Positions 29,601 to 40,600 of a stretch of DNA of 59,165 nt are shown piece by piece. The stretch is from a virus (taxonomy: Duplodnaviria; Caudoviricetes), in the IMG/VR virus record IMGVR_UViG_3300028418_000005, positions 1-59,165 of that record; one strand, given 5' to 3'. Each line of letters opens with the position of its first letter. Position 1 is the stretch's first letter. The position numbers were made by a program, and so were the translations under genes. Under the pieces are notes generated by a model. That model saw only the letters and a list, made by a program, of their open reading frames with translations. It had not been told where the DNA came from and did no database searches.

Positions 29601-31926
29601 CTTGATAAGTGATTTAAATGAAAAAATTAAAAGTGTAGATAATACAGCGCCATCTGGATTTTCTCCAGTTTCTATAAGTTGGAGCGAAGGTGATCCCTAT
29701 GGTAGTTCTATATCTGGACAGTTTTCAGCAGTTGGACCAACTGGTTTAACATTAGTAGGTTCTTCAGAAATATCTTTAATTGAAGTTACTAGAGGTGACA
29801 ATGTACCCTGTATTGATCAATTTGAGTTGGTTCAATTAGGCTTTGGTGAAGTTGAACTAAAGATAGCTGCAGCTAGCCAAACTAATCCAGGTTTCTTACA
29901 TTGGCAAGATCAACTGAAAAATCAATATACATTTAAGTTTGAACTAACAAACACTACAACTAACTCTTCGAGTTTTACTTCTTTAACAGGTTATCTAAGT
30001 AACAAACCGCCAGTTGAAAGATTAGAAGCTGTTAATAGTAATGGTAATAATGTTGAAATAAACTGGGTGGACGTTAAAGAATCTATATGTGTAAGAGGTG
30101 ACCTAGATACTCAGTCTAAAAGAGAAGATGCACAAACCATGTCTTTAAAAGCTGTTCAAGGTAGTCAAAAATTTGGTATCAGATGGGATGATAACCCTTT
30201 GCTTAGCAAATCGTGGAGAAGTTATGTTGATCCTGAATCTTCTTTTTCAAATACTACTGTTAACTTTGGAGTTATAGAACCAACTACAGTTAAATATATC
30301 AATGCTGCACCATATTTTAATGAATCATCTCCATGTTGCGTAGACACAAATGAAGATAGTGGCGATATTAGACAATCAGGAATGTATGACTTTGGGTGGT
30401 TTGGTGGACCCACATTACCTGGTACTCAAGATAGTAAAAACGGTGATGGTAGATTTAGACCAACTACTTACCAACCGGGTGATAGTAGTTTAAATAGCTG
30501 CACGTATTCTCAAAAAATATATGCTCCAGATCCTTCACTATACCCTATTAATAATGATAATTACCCAGTTTCAGGTAATAGTGGCGAGTATTTGGAAATG
30601 CCTAAATATTTTAGAGGAGCTACAGGTTGGAGTTCTCAACCAGATATAAAGTTTAATAGTTCTATACTTGAAGAAACTGCATTTACCAAAGACGTACAAA
30701 CAAACACAGGTACCGCTGAGTGGGATGGTTCTTTTGCTGTTATGAACGGGGAATTTGGCAGTGAAATACTTGAAAGTTGGCCAAATATAAATGGATCACC
30801 ATCTGGTATAGGAACCGCATTAGAGATACAATGGTCTATTCCTAGAATGTACCAGGTTAGCATGATGATTCCACATGGTAATGAAATACCATTTGGAAAT
30901 ACATCAGACTTCTTTTTTGGAACAAATATCCTAGCGGACGTTATGGATTGTTATGGTGATAAAAATTTTTTAACAAAATTTCCTTTTGATCAACCTTATT
31001 ACTGGGAAATGCCTTCAAGAACATCCGCACCTCTAGTTATTCCTAAATCAACAGGTGCTAAATATTTTGATGTTCAACCAGCTGGTGAAGTTGTATTTGG
31101 TTTAATACCTGAAACTGTTATCAACTCCTTAAGTAACAGCGATAGAAATGCTATATTAAAATACATACCAAGGGGTCCAATATACTGGGATAACAGTTCT
31201 AATTCTACTAGAGCTGGTTTTCAAGGAGAAAGCCAACTAGATCCAGAAAACAAACTTGGAGAACAAGTAGTAGGTTTTAAACAAAACGCATATCAAACTA
31301 GTGATTCAGCAAATGAATATCCTCATCATTATTGGCCAGATATAAATGGTTTACTCCAGAACGATCCAGAAGGTCTTTATAGTGCTTTTAAAAGCACGCC
31401 TAGCTATGCAAACGCTCCAGACTTTATGAAAATAAGAAATGGTGCAAATACTTTTTATCAGTTTAATCTTGAACACACTGGTTATATTAGTAAGGTTGTT
31501 TGCGGTGACTCTGATCAATATGATTTTTTTCCATACTATTCTAATGCTGCAAAAACTATTGGTAACTGGGCACCTAATGCGTCTCAAGTAGCTAATGCTA
31601 TGGGTCATTTGTTTTATCTAGGTGGTATTAATAACTCTGGATACGGTAGTTCTACAAATGGTCAAGCGTTCTTTATACAACCAGAGCAAACGCAACCTGG
31701 CTATCAAAAAGCAAAAGCAAAGATACATGCTGGAACTCCAGGTGCCACTTCGCAATCATGGAATGGTCCTAATGCGTTTGGTGTTGGGTTACCAGGTGGT
31801 AGATATGTTGTTACAGTAAGAGCAACTGATGTAGGTGGTGATGGCGCTTTTGTAGAGTGGGATGTACCTGTATACTTGCCATGGTGGAGTACTAGAACAA
31901 ATACACCTCTGAGGTTGAACCCGTAA
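26665..31926 (+). CDS. tail stabilisation/nozzle-like protein, N-terminal part with long variable insertion
   Basis: KMNKDMDGRILPNGQYRDGENV, LFFTDNRNQPRKI, FVRFSYRFKF, YQVGVVLSDRYGR. Confidence 0.7.
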   Translation: MPEAKNTFIQSKMNKDMDGRILPNGQYRDGENVQISRSEGDDVGALETVLGNVKLTDFGLSGENLKTIGSYFDDNSNRVFLFLTNYTDSSPNQLDNEAINVTGVFCYIVSYNVQTKVSSILVEGSFLNFSQTHHIVGVNLLENLLFFTDNRNQPRKIDINLAGSNYYYTEDQISVAKYYPYKAPLLMKFIPGSGPDAIKWESTMTDTTSEYLPIHTAAQVKNFDSTDSSVVYLTGCYTNIMPKTPGYVGQPNGCLITGQGVAAGTTLEEVLSIDTANNVTTIKTSLPISGGSIKPILYFQFKNPEYSIIWPGDPEYLKEKFVRFSYRFKFDNNEYSLIAPFTQTAFIPQQDGYFIGDKYKLDSTVLVSNEPSPPSIFGQEAETFDSTVVPFMQNKVTNIEICLISPTNGNDETYINWSQLNDVLKVIEVDILIKDSSSNNVYVVETLGLSELKNVNSKYLLYDYQSKKPWRVLPTDQVTRVSDVIPLRALAQEISGNRVIYANFVEKNASPERLDYYLSVGQKPFIPDYTDGATVVDQEFQYVRKEYQNHTLKQNRTYQVGVVLSDRYGRRSNVILSELVDFQENPSAKKNSTIFHNYADSNNLIIYDKNQIPNEAANTWPGDNLSIVWNNVIPEEKTNDGYPGVYSINDGTLVNILVNPGLTATFPANSSCTFDVTNSLFSPTANAQIKAFSDADGNVSEIEIKSSDNNWVDGMEVVAPWQGSVFPCPGWVGESFRGNAVCPADRPLGWYSYNIVVKQTEQEYYNVYMPSALAGYPCNQNIDGKVDDTFGETPKMIYPLGQQNATSHLTLIGDNINKVPRDLNEVGPEQKSFRSSERLFHRVEGILLQDNNDDIQYSSQSYSPSLKGDKVVTISNMSKLDLGNLITNPAYPILPNSIYKAETDPFIARISTDKKFGIVANSSINGCITIEKKVDPDDDTKNLIEVNNTEFAIGPTLSVSETKPVESLLDIFWETSSSGLISDLNEKIKSVDNTAPSGFSPVSISWSEGDPYGSSISGQFSAVGPTGLTLVGSSEISLIEVTRGDNVPCIDQFELVQLGFGEVELKIAAASQTNPGFLHWQDQLKNQYTFKFELTNTTTNSSSFTSLTGYLSNKPPVERLEAVNSNGNNVEINWVDVKESICVRGDLDTQSKREDAQTMSLKAVQGSQKFGIRWDDNPLLSKSWRSYVDPESSFSNTTVNFGVIEPTTVKYINAAPYFNESSPCCVDTNEDSGDIRQSGMYDFGWFGGPTLPGTQDSKNGDGRFRPTTYQPGDSSLNSCTYSQKIYAPDPSLYPINNDNYPVSGNSGEYLEMPKYFRGATGWSSQPDIKFNSSILEETAFTKDVQTNTGTAEWDGSFAVMNGEFGSEILESWPNINGSPSGIGTALEIQWSIPRMYQVSMMIPHGNEIPFGNTSDFFFGTNILADVMDCYGDKNFLTKFPFDQPYYWEMPSRTSAPLVIPKSTGAKYFDVQPAGEVVFGLIPETVINSLSNSDRNAILKYIPRGPIYWDNSSNSTRAGFQGESQLDPENKLGEQVVGFKQNAYQTSDSANEYPHHYWPDINGLLQNDPEGLYSAFKSTPSYANAPDFMKIRNGANTFYQFNLEHTGYISKVVCGDSDQYDFFPYYSNAAKTIGNWAPNASQVANAMGHLFYLGGINNSGYGSSTNGQAFFIQPEQTQPGYQKAKAKIHAGTPGATSQSWNGPNAFGVGLPGGRYVVTVRATDVGGDGAFVEWDVPVYLPWWSTRTNTPLRLNP

Positions 31927-31952
31927 AAAATTAAAAAACAAAGTGATTATAT
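31923..31952 (+). promoter_or_regulatory. putative phage sigma-dependent promoter
   Basis: GTAAA-N15-GTGATTATAT. Confidence 0.45.
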
Positions 31953-31955
31953 ATT

Positions 31956-33962
31956 ATGGCTTATCAATTACCAATTAAATATTACAACGCTTTTTGGTTA
32001 AAAAAAGTAGTAGGAAGTTCTATAAAATCAACTCAAAGTGATAATGCTTCAACAGTAACAACAGAGGTTGAAGTTGGAGGAAATGAAAATTCAACTGGAA
32101 CACTCAAAGGTGGTTACATAATACCTACATGGCCTGGTTTACCTTGGGGTGATAAACTATCAAAACCTGATGTTACAAATCCAGATGTGCTAATTCCATA
32201 CCCTTGTTTTCCTTGGGGAGGAAGAGATTGGAATTCTTATAATCCTATAGGTGGATCTGGGTCTCAATTAGATTTACCCGAATGCGGCGGCAGCTTAGTT
32301 AGTGTAAACCCTACTGAAGAACAAGGTAAAGAAAGACAGTGGGCTATTGAGGAAGCTAGAATATTTGGTGGTTACAATAACACCACTGTAGATTTTGGCG
32401 TTAAAGCTTACACTGTTGAAGAAGATAATCAACAAACAATTAGAAGCTCTTCGTTAATTTATTCCGGTATATTTAATTCATTAACTGGTGTAAATAATAC
32501 AAATGTTTTTTCAACAGCAAATCCTATAACTAAAAGTGTAGATCCAGAAAATGGATCTATTCAGAAGCTTTATTCCTATGATACTAACTTAACTATATTT
32601 CAAGAAAATAAAGTTAGCAAAGCATTGATAGACAAAGACGCAATATATTCTGCTGAAGGCGTTGGAACACCTGTTTCTTCTACTAAAACGGTTATAGGAC
32701 AGATTGTTCCTTACGTTGGTGAATTTGGTATAAGCAAAAATCCCGAGTCATGGGCTCAATTTGGTTTTAGACAGTATTTTACAGATAAATATAGAAACGC
32801 TGTAATGAGATTATCTAGAGATGGTTTAACTGAAATATCCTCATATGGTATGACTGATTATTTTAGAGATAGGTTTTCCACAATAACTGACCAACCTTTA
32901 AGAAGATCTTTATCATTTAGATATTTTGACGAAGGTTTAGTTGCTGAACAATATATAAATACCATTGAAATTTTTGATAGCTCTTGTAGTGCTGATAATA
33001 TAATAATAGGTTCTTCTATTCAAATAAATAACATACAAGTACCAGGTCTTTTTGTTACTAATGTATCGACAGGTAGTGGCTCTGGCATAAGGGTTGTTTC
33101 GGTTTCACTGCCATGGAGACCAGATACATTTGGATTAACATCATACAGTGAAATAGCAAGTGATTATCCAATATCTTTTGTTACATACGTTTATGATGAG
33201 CTTTTAGGTGCTTTTGATAACCATAACAATAATTACGTGTTATCTATAAAAGATGGTGTTACGCAACCATGTTCTAGAGTTTCAGAAGGTAGAGAAGTTG
33301 GAGACAACTTCGACTATACAAATCAATTTAGAACTTACAACACGTTTAATACAGTTAACTTTGACGAAAGCATAAATGGTTGGGTTAGTTTTTACAGCTA
33401 CAATCCTACAACGATGGGTAGTTTAAAAAATGAGTTTTATACTGTTAATAATTTCGACTTATATCAACATTATCAAGGAGGCCAACTAAATCATGGTAAT
33501 TTTTATGGTACACAATATAAATCTTCAATAGAATTTATATTTAATCCTAAGCCATCTATATCTAAAAACTTCCAAACAATAGGATATGAAGGTAGTAATG
33601 GTTGGCAAGTAGAATACTTTGTGTCAGATAGTACCGCAGCGTTGTTTAATACTTTTTCAAATACTTACTACCCAGCTCAAGACAAGATAAATAGTATTCC
33701 AAGTCTTCAAGAAGGTGAATATATAGATGAAAACACCCAAATGAAGCAATACGCTGGATTTTATTTAAAAGAAAACAAATATGTAGCTAATTTAGTTAAT
33801 GCTTCACAACCATTCGATGGTGAAGTTGTATTTGGAAATTCAATGAGTGGTATAAAAGGTTTTTACACAACAGTTAAATTAAGTACAGATGATTCTACTC
33901 AGCTAGGTGGAGTTAAAGAACTATATTGCGTGTCAAGTAAATTTGTGGTGTCATCACAATAA
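31956..33962 (+). CDS. tail stabilisation/nozzle-like protein, C-terminal beta-propeller part
   Basis: GSIQKL...IFQENKVS, GEFGISKNPES, YFTDKYRNAVMRLS, GWVSFYSY. Confidence 0.7.
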   Translation: MAYQLPIKYYNAFWLKKVVGSSIKSTQSDNASTVTTEVEVGGNENSTGTLKGGYIIPTWPGLPWGDKLSKPDVTNPDVLIPYPCFPWGGRDWNSYNPIGGSGSQLDLPECGGSLVSVNPTEEQGKERQWAIEEARIFGGYNNTTVDFGVKAYTVEEDNQQTIRSSSLIYSGIFNSLTGVNNTNVFSTANPITKSVDPENGSIQKLYSYDTNLTIFQENKVSKALIDKDAIYSAEGVGTPVSSTKTVIGQIVPYVGEFGISKNPESWAQFGFRQYFTDKYRNAVMRLSRDGLTEISSYGMTDYFRDRFSTITDQPLRRSLSFRYFDEGLVAEQYINTIEIFDSSCSADNIIIGSSIQINNIQVPGLFVTNVSTGSGSGIRVVSVSLPWRPDTFGLTSYSEIASDYPISFVTYVYDELLGAFDNHNNNYVLSIKDGVTQPCSRVSEGREVGDNFDYTNQFRTYNTFNTVNFDESINGWVSFYSYNPTTMGSLKNEFYTVNNFDLYQHYQGGQLNHGNFYGTQYKSSIEFIFNPKPSISKNFQTIGYEGSNGWQVEYFVSDSTAALFNTFSNTYYPAQDKINSIPSLQEGEYIDENTQMKQYAGFYLKENKYVANLVNASQPFDGEVVFGNSMSGIKGFYTTVKLSTDDSTQLGGVKELYCVSSKFVVSSQ

Positions 33963-33968
33963 TATTAT

Positions 33969-34370
33969 ATGAAATTAAATACAAGACAATTACAACAAAA
34001 AGATTTAGATACAATAAGAAAATGGTGGGAAGCTTGGCCTGATTGGGTTGATCCTGGTGAAGGGTTTTTACCTAAAACAGGTTTAGTTGTAACATCAAAT
34101 GACAAGTTAATAATGGCTTCTTTTGTTTATTTAACCAATGCAGATGTAGCTTTATATGAATGGATTATATCAGACCCAGATTATAGAGAGGACGATAGAC
34201 AAGAAGCTGTAGAGTTAATGACTAATGAAGCTGAGAAAATGGTTAAAAGCTTAGGATATAAGTTTTTATTTTCTATTTGCAGACATAAGAAACTCGGAGA
34301 AACGTATAAAAAATTAGGATGGCACAAAGATGAAGAGCCATCGTTTGAATTTGTAAAACTTATAAAATAA
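33969..34370 (+). CDS. GNAT-like acetyltransferase-fold protein
   Basis: EWIISDPDYRE...YKKLGW; precedes ejection genes as T7 gp13 does. Confidence 0.6.
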   Translation: MKLNTRQLQQKDLDTIRKWWEAWPDWVDPGEGFLPKTGLVVTSNDKLIMASFVYLTNADVALYEWIISDPDYREDDRQEAVELMTNEAEKMVKSLGYKFLFSICRHKKLGETYKKLGWHKDEEPSFEFVKLIK

Positions 34371-34376
34371 ATAAAT

Positions 34377-35096
34377 ATGGCATTAGTAACAGCAGCCGTA
34401 GTTGGAACAGTAGTAGGAGCGGGTATGGGTATAGCATCCGCTGTAAAAGCTGGTAACGATCAACGTGAGGCAGAGAAAAAACTAAGAGAGCAAGAAGCAA
34501 TGATAAAAACTCTTGAAGACTCTAGACAAGATGTAATAAACCCTATGGCTGGGTTGACCAATGAAGCTGAGAAAGTAGGTGTTGCTACACAAGCTGCTAA
34601 GTTTCAAGCTGAAGAAGCAGATCAAGCTTTAGCAAACACTTTAGACACTATCTTACAAACTGGTGGTGGTGCTGCTGGCGCTACAGCGTTAGCTCAAATG
34701 GCTCTTAAGTCTAAACAAGGTATATCAGCTGATATTCAAAAACAAGAAAGACAAAACGCTGTAAACGTAGCTAACTCACAACAAGTGATAAATCAACAAA
34801 TAGCTGAAGGTGAAAAGTTTGCTTGGCAATATCAAGAAACTAGAGAATTACAAAAACTTAATAGAGCACAAAATTTAGCAGATAAATTTGAAGCTCAAGG
34901 TTTTGCTGCTGAACAAGCTAAATGGGCAGCTTACGGTAATATTGCTAGTAGTATAACTGGTGGAGCGGGTAACATTGCTGGTGCTGTTAATACAAATCAA
35001 TTGCAAGGTCAGTATGATCAATATTTGGCTCAAGCAAACGCGGGTCAAAATGTGTCACCACCAGTAGCAGTTGGTCAAGGTTCAATAGGAGGTTAA
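34377..35096 (+). CDS. internal virion / ejection protein
   Basis: hydrophobic Gly/Ala N-terminus, Ala/Gln-rich helices. Confidence 0.65.
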   Translation: MALVTAAVVGTVVGAGMGIASAVKAGNDQREAEKKLREQEAMIKTLEDSRQDVINPMAGLTNEAEKVGVATQAAKFQAEEADQALANTLDTILQTGGGAAGATALAQMALKSKQGISADIQKQERQNAVNVANSQQVINQQIAEGEKFAWQYQETRELQKLNRAQNLADKFEAQGFAAEQAKWAAYGNIASSITGGAGNIAGAVNTNQLQGQYDQYLAQANAGQNVSPPVAVGQGSIGG

Positions 35097-35109
35097 AAAA
35101 AATAAAATT

Positions 35110-37626
35110 ATGGGCTACGAAAATCCAAGAATACAGATAAACCAAACCAACGCTGAGATTAATAAGCAGGTAAGAAGATTTAACGAAGACTTTAATGAAG
35201 AGTTCGATGCTATCAATGCTCAACAAGCTGCTAACATAGAAGCTAATATGGAAATATTGGAAGAACAGCAGAAGAAAAGAGCTATGGGTGACGAAATGTG
35301 GTATCAGCAAGTAGAGAAATACAAGCCAAAAGGTGACTACGCTAAAGATACTAAAGCTTTTTTACATAATATGCATAATAAGTATTATGAACTTTTAGGT
35401 TGTGAAACTAGTGAATGTAGAGAAGAGTTAGAAAACTTAAAAAATGTGCCTAGACAACTATCTGAAGTTGGTGGAGCTTGGACAAGTATGAATGAAAAAT
35501 ACAATGAAGCTGGCGGTAAAAAACTATTTGCACCTGGGTCATTAAATGCTAGAACACCAAACTATATCATGCAGGTAATGGAAAACGGTGGTACAACTAA
35601 AAAAGTTTATAACGAAAAAACTGGTCATGTAGAGTTTGAAGTTTACGACGCTAAAGGTGGTCGTGTAATGGAATTAGACAAAGATGGTAAAAAAACAAGT
35701 AACCCATTAATGGTGGATGCTGTTGATTTCACTAAAGGTGCTTTAAGTGGTAATGTAACTGTAAACACCTATGGTGATCCTGCGGGATTAAGAAGAGAGT
35801 TTCAGGCTGGTATAGCTAAAGACATGGATTATAATGATTATGTTCAAAAAATTACTGATAACACTGATCAATACAATAAAAAAGGTTATCAAGACTACAC
35901 AGAGGCTAATAGTTTATATAAGCAAAACCTAGAAGGATCAAATGCTGGGGCTTTAATGGATGATAAAAAACTAATGACTGATAACTATCCCGTTATAATA
36001 AATGGTTTATTTGAGCAAGCTAAAGGTGGAGATCAAGCTGCTTTAGCTTCTTTAGAGAAATTAGATCAACAAACAGGAGGTAAGATATTAGGTGGTGATG
36101 GCTTAGGTGGTACTAATGATTTAGATTTATCAAGTGGTTTAGCTGTTCAGTCAGCTATAGGTATGTGGGATAACTCTGATATTCAAAGAGAAGCTGCTGA
36201 TGCTTATTTCAAGCATTATGATGAATCTTCAAACTTGTTAAAACCAGATAGAATAGACAAAACAAATGTTAAGAGTTCAATAACTAATGCCGAGAGAAGA
36301 GCTCAAGCAAATTTCAATAAAACTCAAACAAAAGATATAGCTAATCTTAAAGCTGCAAATAATGAAAAAGAGTTTGTTACTAATTTTGATAACATGTTTG
36401 CTAATGCTAAATCATCCGACGATATTTACAAAATATTACAAAATGATCTTGGAAATTTCGCAATGAAGAATAGTAACGCTGGTAGTGGTAGTATTCTTGA
36501 GTTTACAGGTGATGAACCAAAAGATCGACAATTTGACATAGATGATAATGGGGATGGTACTTTTTCTATAAAATTAAATAAAATTTCTAAAGATCCTAAA
36601 ACAAATGAAGTTACTACAGGAGATGCAGTAAGAATTTATAATACTGGAAATGCTAATGATATGAGCTCTCTTAGAAGAGACTTTGGTATAAACAATAAAA
36701 CTTACAAATTACAAGGTGAAGCTCCTAGTGAGCAAGAAGAACAAGCTACTTCCGCTACCCAACAAAACAATCCACTAAATGCTGCTAGTTTTAATAAAAA
36801 TAATCAACCTAAACCTAAACCAGAGGCTAAAAGTGACTTTATTCCAGATCCAAATGTAAACTACGAAAGTTTACCAATGATGGATAAAAGAAGAGTAGAA
36901 TATGAAAATTGGAAACAATCACAAGTTCCTGAAGAGCTGCAAGATCCTGTTTCTAAAGTTAAACCTGCTCCTGAAGTTAAACCTGCTCCTGAAGTAAAAC
37001 CTGAACAAGTAAAAAGTAAGGCACCACAAACAAGTAGGGATTTAAAAGCTGAAAATAAAAAGCAAGAAGATTTAATGAGAAACTCTGAGGTTACTTACGG
37101 TGGTAAATCAGGTGATGACACTATTGGTTTAACAGATTATGAAGATTATGATTTTAAATATTACTTAAATAGTGAAAAACAAGTACAAGAAGGAGTTGAT
37201 AGAAATGGTGAAATGGCTACATATTGGGGAGGTGATCAACCTAAGAAAGGTTTGAAAAAAGATTTAGGTGAAAAAGTTTATGATGGATTATCTGATGGAC
37301 AACAAGCTATGATGCGAATGCAGCATGTTAATATAGGCTGGGATCCTAGAGTTACTATGCTACTAGCATCTGGAGCAATCAAGCCTAGTGAAAGAGGAGA
37401 ATATCTTAGAAACTACAAGAAAACAACTACTAAATATAATGATAATAAAGCTAAGTTTAAAAATATAGATGATCAAGCAATGTTTGATCAATGGGTAGAT
37501 TTATATGCAAATAGTGAACCAAATACAAAAGGATTACAAAAGCAATATAAAAGAAGAGTAGAAGATATGGCTAAAAGTTATGGATTTAAGTTAACAAAAG
37601 AACAGCTTGATTTGTTTAAAGTATAA
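35110..37626 (+). CDS. internal virion / ejection protein, possible C-terminal lysozyme-like domain
   Basis: 838 aa; Pro-rich linker then LSDGQQAMMRMQHVNIGW. Confidence 0.6.
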   Translation: MGYENPRIQINQTNAEINKQVRRFNEDFNEEFDAINAQQAANIEANMEILEEQQKKRAMGDEMWYQQVEKYKPKGDYAKDTKAFLHNMHNKYYELLGCETSECREELENLKNVPRQLSEVGGAWTSMNEKYNEAGGKKLFAPGSLNARTPNYIMQVMENGGTTKKVYNEKTGHVEFEVYDAKGGRVMELDKDGKKTSNPLMVDAVDFTKGALSGNVTVNTYGDPAGLRREFQAGIAKDMDYNDYVQKITDNTDQYNKKGYQDYTEANSLYKQNLEGSNAGALMDDKKLMTDNYPVIINGLFEQAKGGDQAALASLEKLDQQTGGKILGGDGLGGTNDLDLSSGLAVQSAIGMWDNSDIQREAADAYFKHYDESSNLLKPDRIDKTNVKSSITNAERRAQANFNKTQTKDIANLKAANNEKEFVTNFDNMFANAKSSDDIYKILQNDLGNFAMKNSNAGSGSILEFTGDEPKDRQFDIDDNGDGTFSIKLNKISKDPKTNEVTTGDAVRIYNTGNANDMSSLRRDFGINNKTYKLQGEAPSEQEEQATSATQQNNPLNAASFNKNNQPKPKPEAKSDFIPDPNVNYESLPMMDKRRVEYENWKQSQVPEELQDPVSKVKPAPEVKPAPEVKPEQVKSKAPQTSRDLKAENKKQEDLMRNSEVTYGGKSGDDTIGLTDYEDYDFKYYLNSEKQVQEGVDRNGEMATYWGGDQPKKGLKKDLGEKVYDGLSDGQQAMMRMQHVNIGWDPRVTMLLASGAIKPSERGEYLRNYKKTTTKYNDNKAKFKNIDDQAMFDQWVDLYANSEPNTKGLQKQYKRRVEDMAKSYGFKLTKEQLDLFKV
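36958..37005 (+). repeat. 18-bp tandem repeat encoding VKPAPE
   Basis: GTTAAACCTGCTCCTGAA x2 plus partial third copy. Confidence 0.9.
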
Positions 37627-37632
37627 AATAAT

Positions 37633-40600
37633 ATGAACGAAGAGTATTTAGAGTTATTATTTTCCGCCTACGGAAACGAAGTAGGTGACGACTACGACGC
37701 ATTTAAAACTGCTATGAGTAATGAAGACTACTCAAGAATGCTATTTGAAACTCACTCTGAAGAATTAGGTGATGATTATGCGGAGTTTAATAAAGCTGTA
37801 GGTATAAATATTGAACCTTATGTTGAACCAGAGGAAGAAGTTTCTATGTCTGGAGAGTATGGGGTAAAAGAGCAAGATGTATTTGGCAGTTCTGAGCCAA
37901 TAAAACCAGTTATTAGTAAAGATATATCTTACGATGACTTTAATATGAAAGGACAAAATTCAGCTTTTGATAATGCTGAAGAGGATTTAGAAGATAAACT
38001 TTCTGCATTATATCCTAATTTAACCTTTGATACTCCTATAATGAACGGTGGTGTGTCTAGTGACATGCTAGATGTAACTAACGAAGACGGGGAAGTTTTT
38101 AGTTGGAAAATGAACACTGATTACAACGCTGGTAAAAGAGACTCAGATGGTGAGTATACAGTTGTAGATCCAGAAGATAGAGAGCAAGAAAGTAGAGATA
38201 ACTATATAAATTTTTTAGAGTTTGCCAATAAGTCTAAATATAAAGATGGTAAGTATAAAAATCCTAATGATATAAGAACTTTAGGCCCAGATTATATGGT
38301 TAAAAACGACCAAGGTCAAGATATAGAGATGCAAGTTACCCCTGGTTTGACTCAAAAAGCAATATCTATAATGAAATCAAACCCAGATGTAACATCATTA
38401 GATGAAGCTATAGATATAGCTGTTGACACTGAGTTTGGACAAATGAATATAGCTTGGCAAGGGTCTGTTCAAAATAAAAAAGCTAAAGAAAACTTTGAGT
38501 TTAAAAACAAAGTTAAATCATTAGCTTCTGATAATAATTTTAATCCTAACATAAGTGGTAGCGCAACTGGACTAGAAGCTAGTTCTGAATTAAATAATAC
38601 TATTGAAGTATTAGAAGAATTAGGTATGCCTAAAGAAGTTGTTGCTTCTGCTAGAGCTGATGCTGAGAATAATATAGGTTTTTTAGATTACCTAGCTAGT
38701 GGAGGATCTTCTAACCCTATGTCTTTTAACGCTGGAGACCCTACATTTACTAGACCTGCTTCTGTAGCTGCTAGAGGAGTTGTTAATTCAAACCAAGAAA
38801 TAAGAAACAACGTTAGAGCCTGGTTAGATGGTTCACAAACATGGGGAGAAAACACTAATGGACCGCTCGTTTTAAAAGCTTATAATGAGTTTGTTGATCA
38901 AAAAAGCAAAGAAGAAGCAGATAACAATATCAAACAAAAAGTAATTGAAGATGGTATAAACCAGGAACAGGTAATAAAAAGACAAGAACAATTATTAAAT
39001 GCCGAAGGTAATACGTTAAGTAAAGAGCAAGCTCTAGTACAAGCAGAGAAAGATGTAATAGCTTTAACTGTTCAAGATATTAAAACAAAAAAAGCTAAAG
39101 AAGATGGTGATAGAGTTTTAAAAGCTGAACTACCTTATTATGAGGGTAAGAGTAAAAGCAAAATAGAAGCATTACAATCTGAATTAGCTGAAATAAACAA
39201 ATTAGAAGAAGGGCAAGAAAAAGCAATAAAATATAAAGAATATTTAAATAAAGTTAGAGATTTCTTAGATGATGATGAGGTTAATTTATTAAAGCAGGGT
39301 GATAAGTTTGTAAGAAAAGACAGACAAGAACAAGCAGATAATTTAAATTCAATTGTTAAAAGTGGTGTTAAAGATTTACTTTTAGAAGCTCCGGACAAGC
39401 TAGATGAAAAGTTGTTAGATACAGACACTGAATTGTTAAACCTAGCTAAAGAAATAAAAAGAAAAGGTTTAAGTGAGACTTTAAATGAGGGCAGTGCTTT
39501 ACAACTAGTAGGAGCTTTAGGTCAAGAGCTTGTAGGAGCTGAAGGTAGTGCCTTTGAAGATTTTAGAAAAATAGAAAAATGGGTTGAAACTGGTGAAATG
39601 CCGGATTTATTAACACCATTGCCGGTATCAACTACAGATAGTTATTTAACTAGCCCTTATGGTGATGCTAGTGGTTCAGATCCTTTGGTAAAAAAATATA
39701 ATGATTTACTTCAATATAGATCTACATTACTTTTAGCTCAAAGTTTAAACGCGGATCCAACTTCTTTTGGTAAAACAGAAAGTGGTGTTGGTAGGTTTTT
39801 AGAAGGCGTAGTAGAAGCTACTCCTGAAGCAGTAGGCATGAATAGTGGTTTAACTAATGATAAACAGCGTGAATTAGGTTTTGACATCTTAGAAGACGTC
39901 TATGGTATTAAAAAGACGGATAAAGACAAGGCTAATCTATATCAAGTAGAGCACGATCTTTGGAAAAGTTCTGGTAAAATGATACCTGGCTTAATGAGAA
40001 TGGGAGCTGAGATATACTTAACAACTGTAGCAACTGGTGGCATGGGATTTGGTCCTGCTGTTTTAAGATCTGCTACATTTAGAACTCTACTAAGAGGTGG
40101 AGTATCAAGAGGTATGGCTGATAAAATTGCTGCTTACGGAACTGCTGTTATGACAGAATATGTAGGTTTACAAGGTAGTAATGCAATGGAAAGAAGTTTA
40201 GATTTTGGACCAGGTATAGAAAATCCAGGATTGTTTGCTCTAACAGCTAGTGCTATAAGATTAACAGGTGCACAAGCTTCTAGCAAGTTTAATGATGCCA
40301 TTATAGATACTTACAGAACAGGTTCTAATGCACAGAGAAATGCTTTAGAATATTTTTATGCTTTTCCTACTACGGCGTCTACAGAAGCTGGAGCTTTAAA
40401 ATATACTAATAGTTTAGTTGATAGATCAGTCAAGTCTTTAAGTAGAACTACAATGGCTGCTGGTGGTAAGATAACAGGAGCTGCTGGTGGTGCTTTAACC
40501 ATAAGCACAGCTGATAATGTTGGTGCAGTATTAGCAGGTGATAAAACTGTTGCTCAAGCCTTGAACGATGTTACCAATCCTGATCATTTAATGGAGTTAG

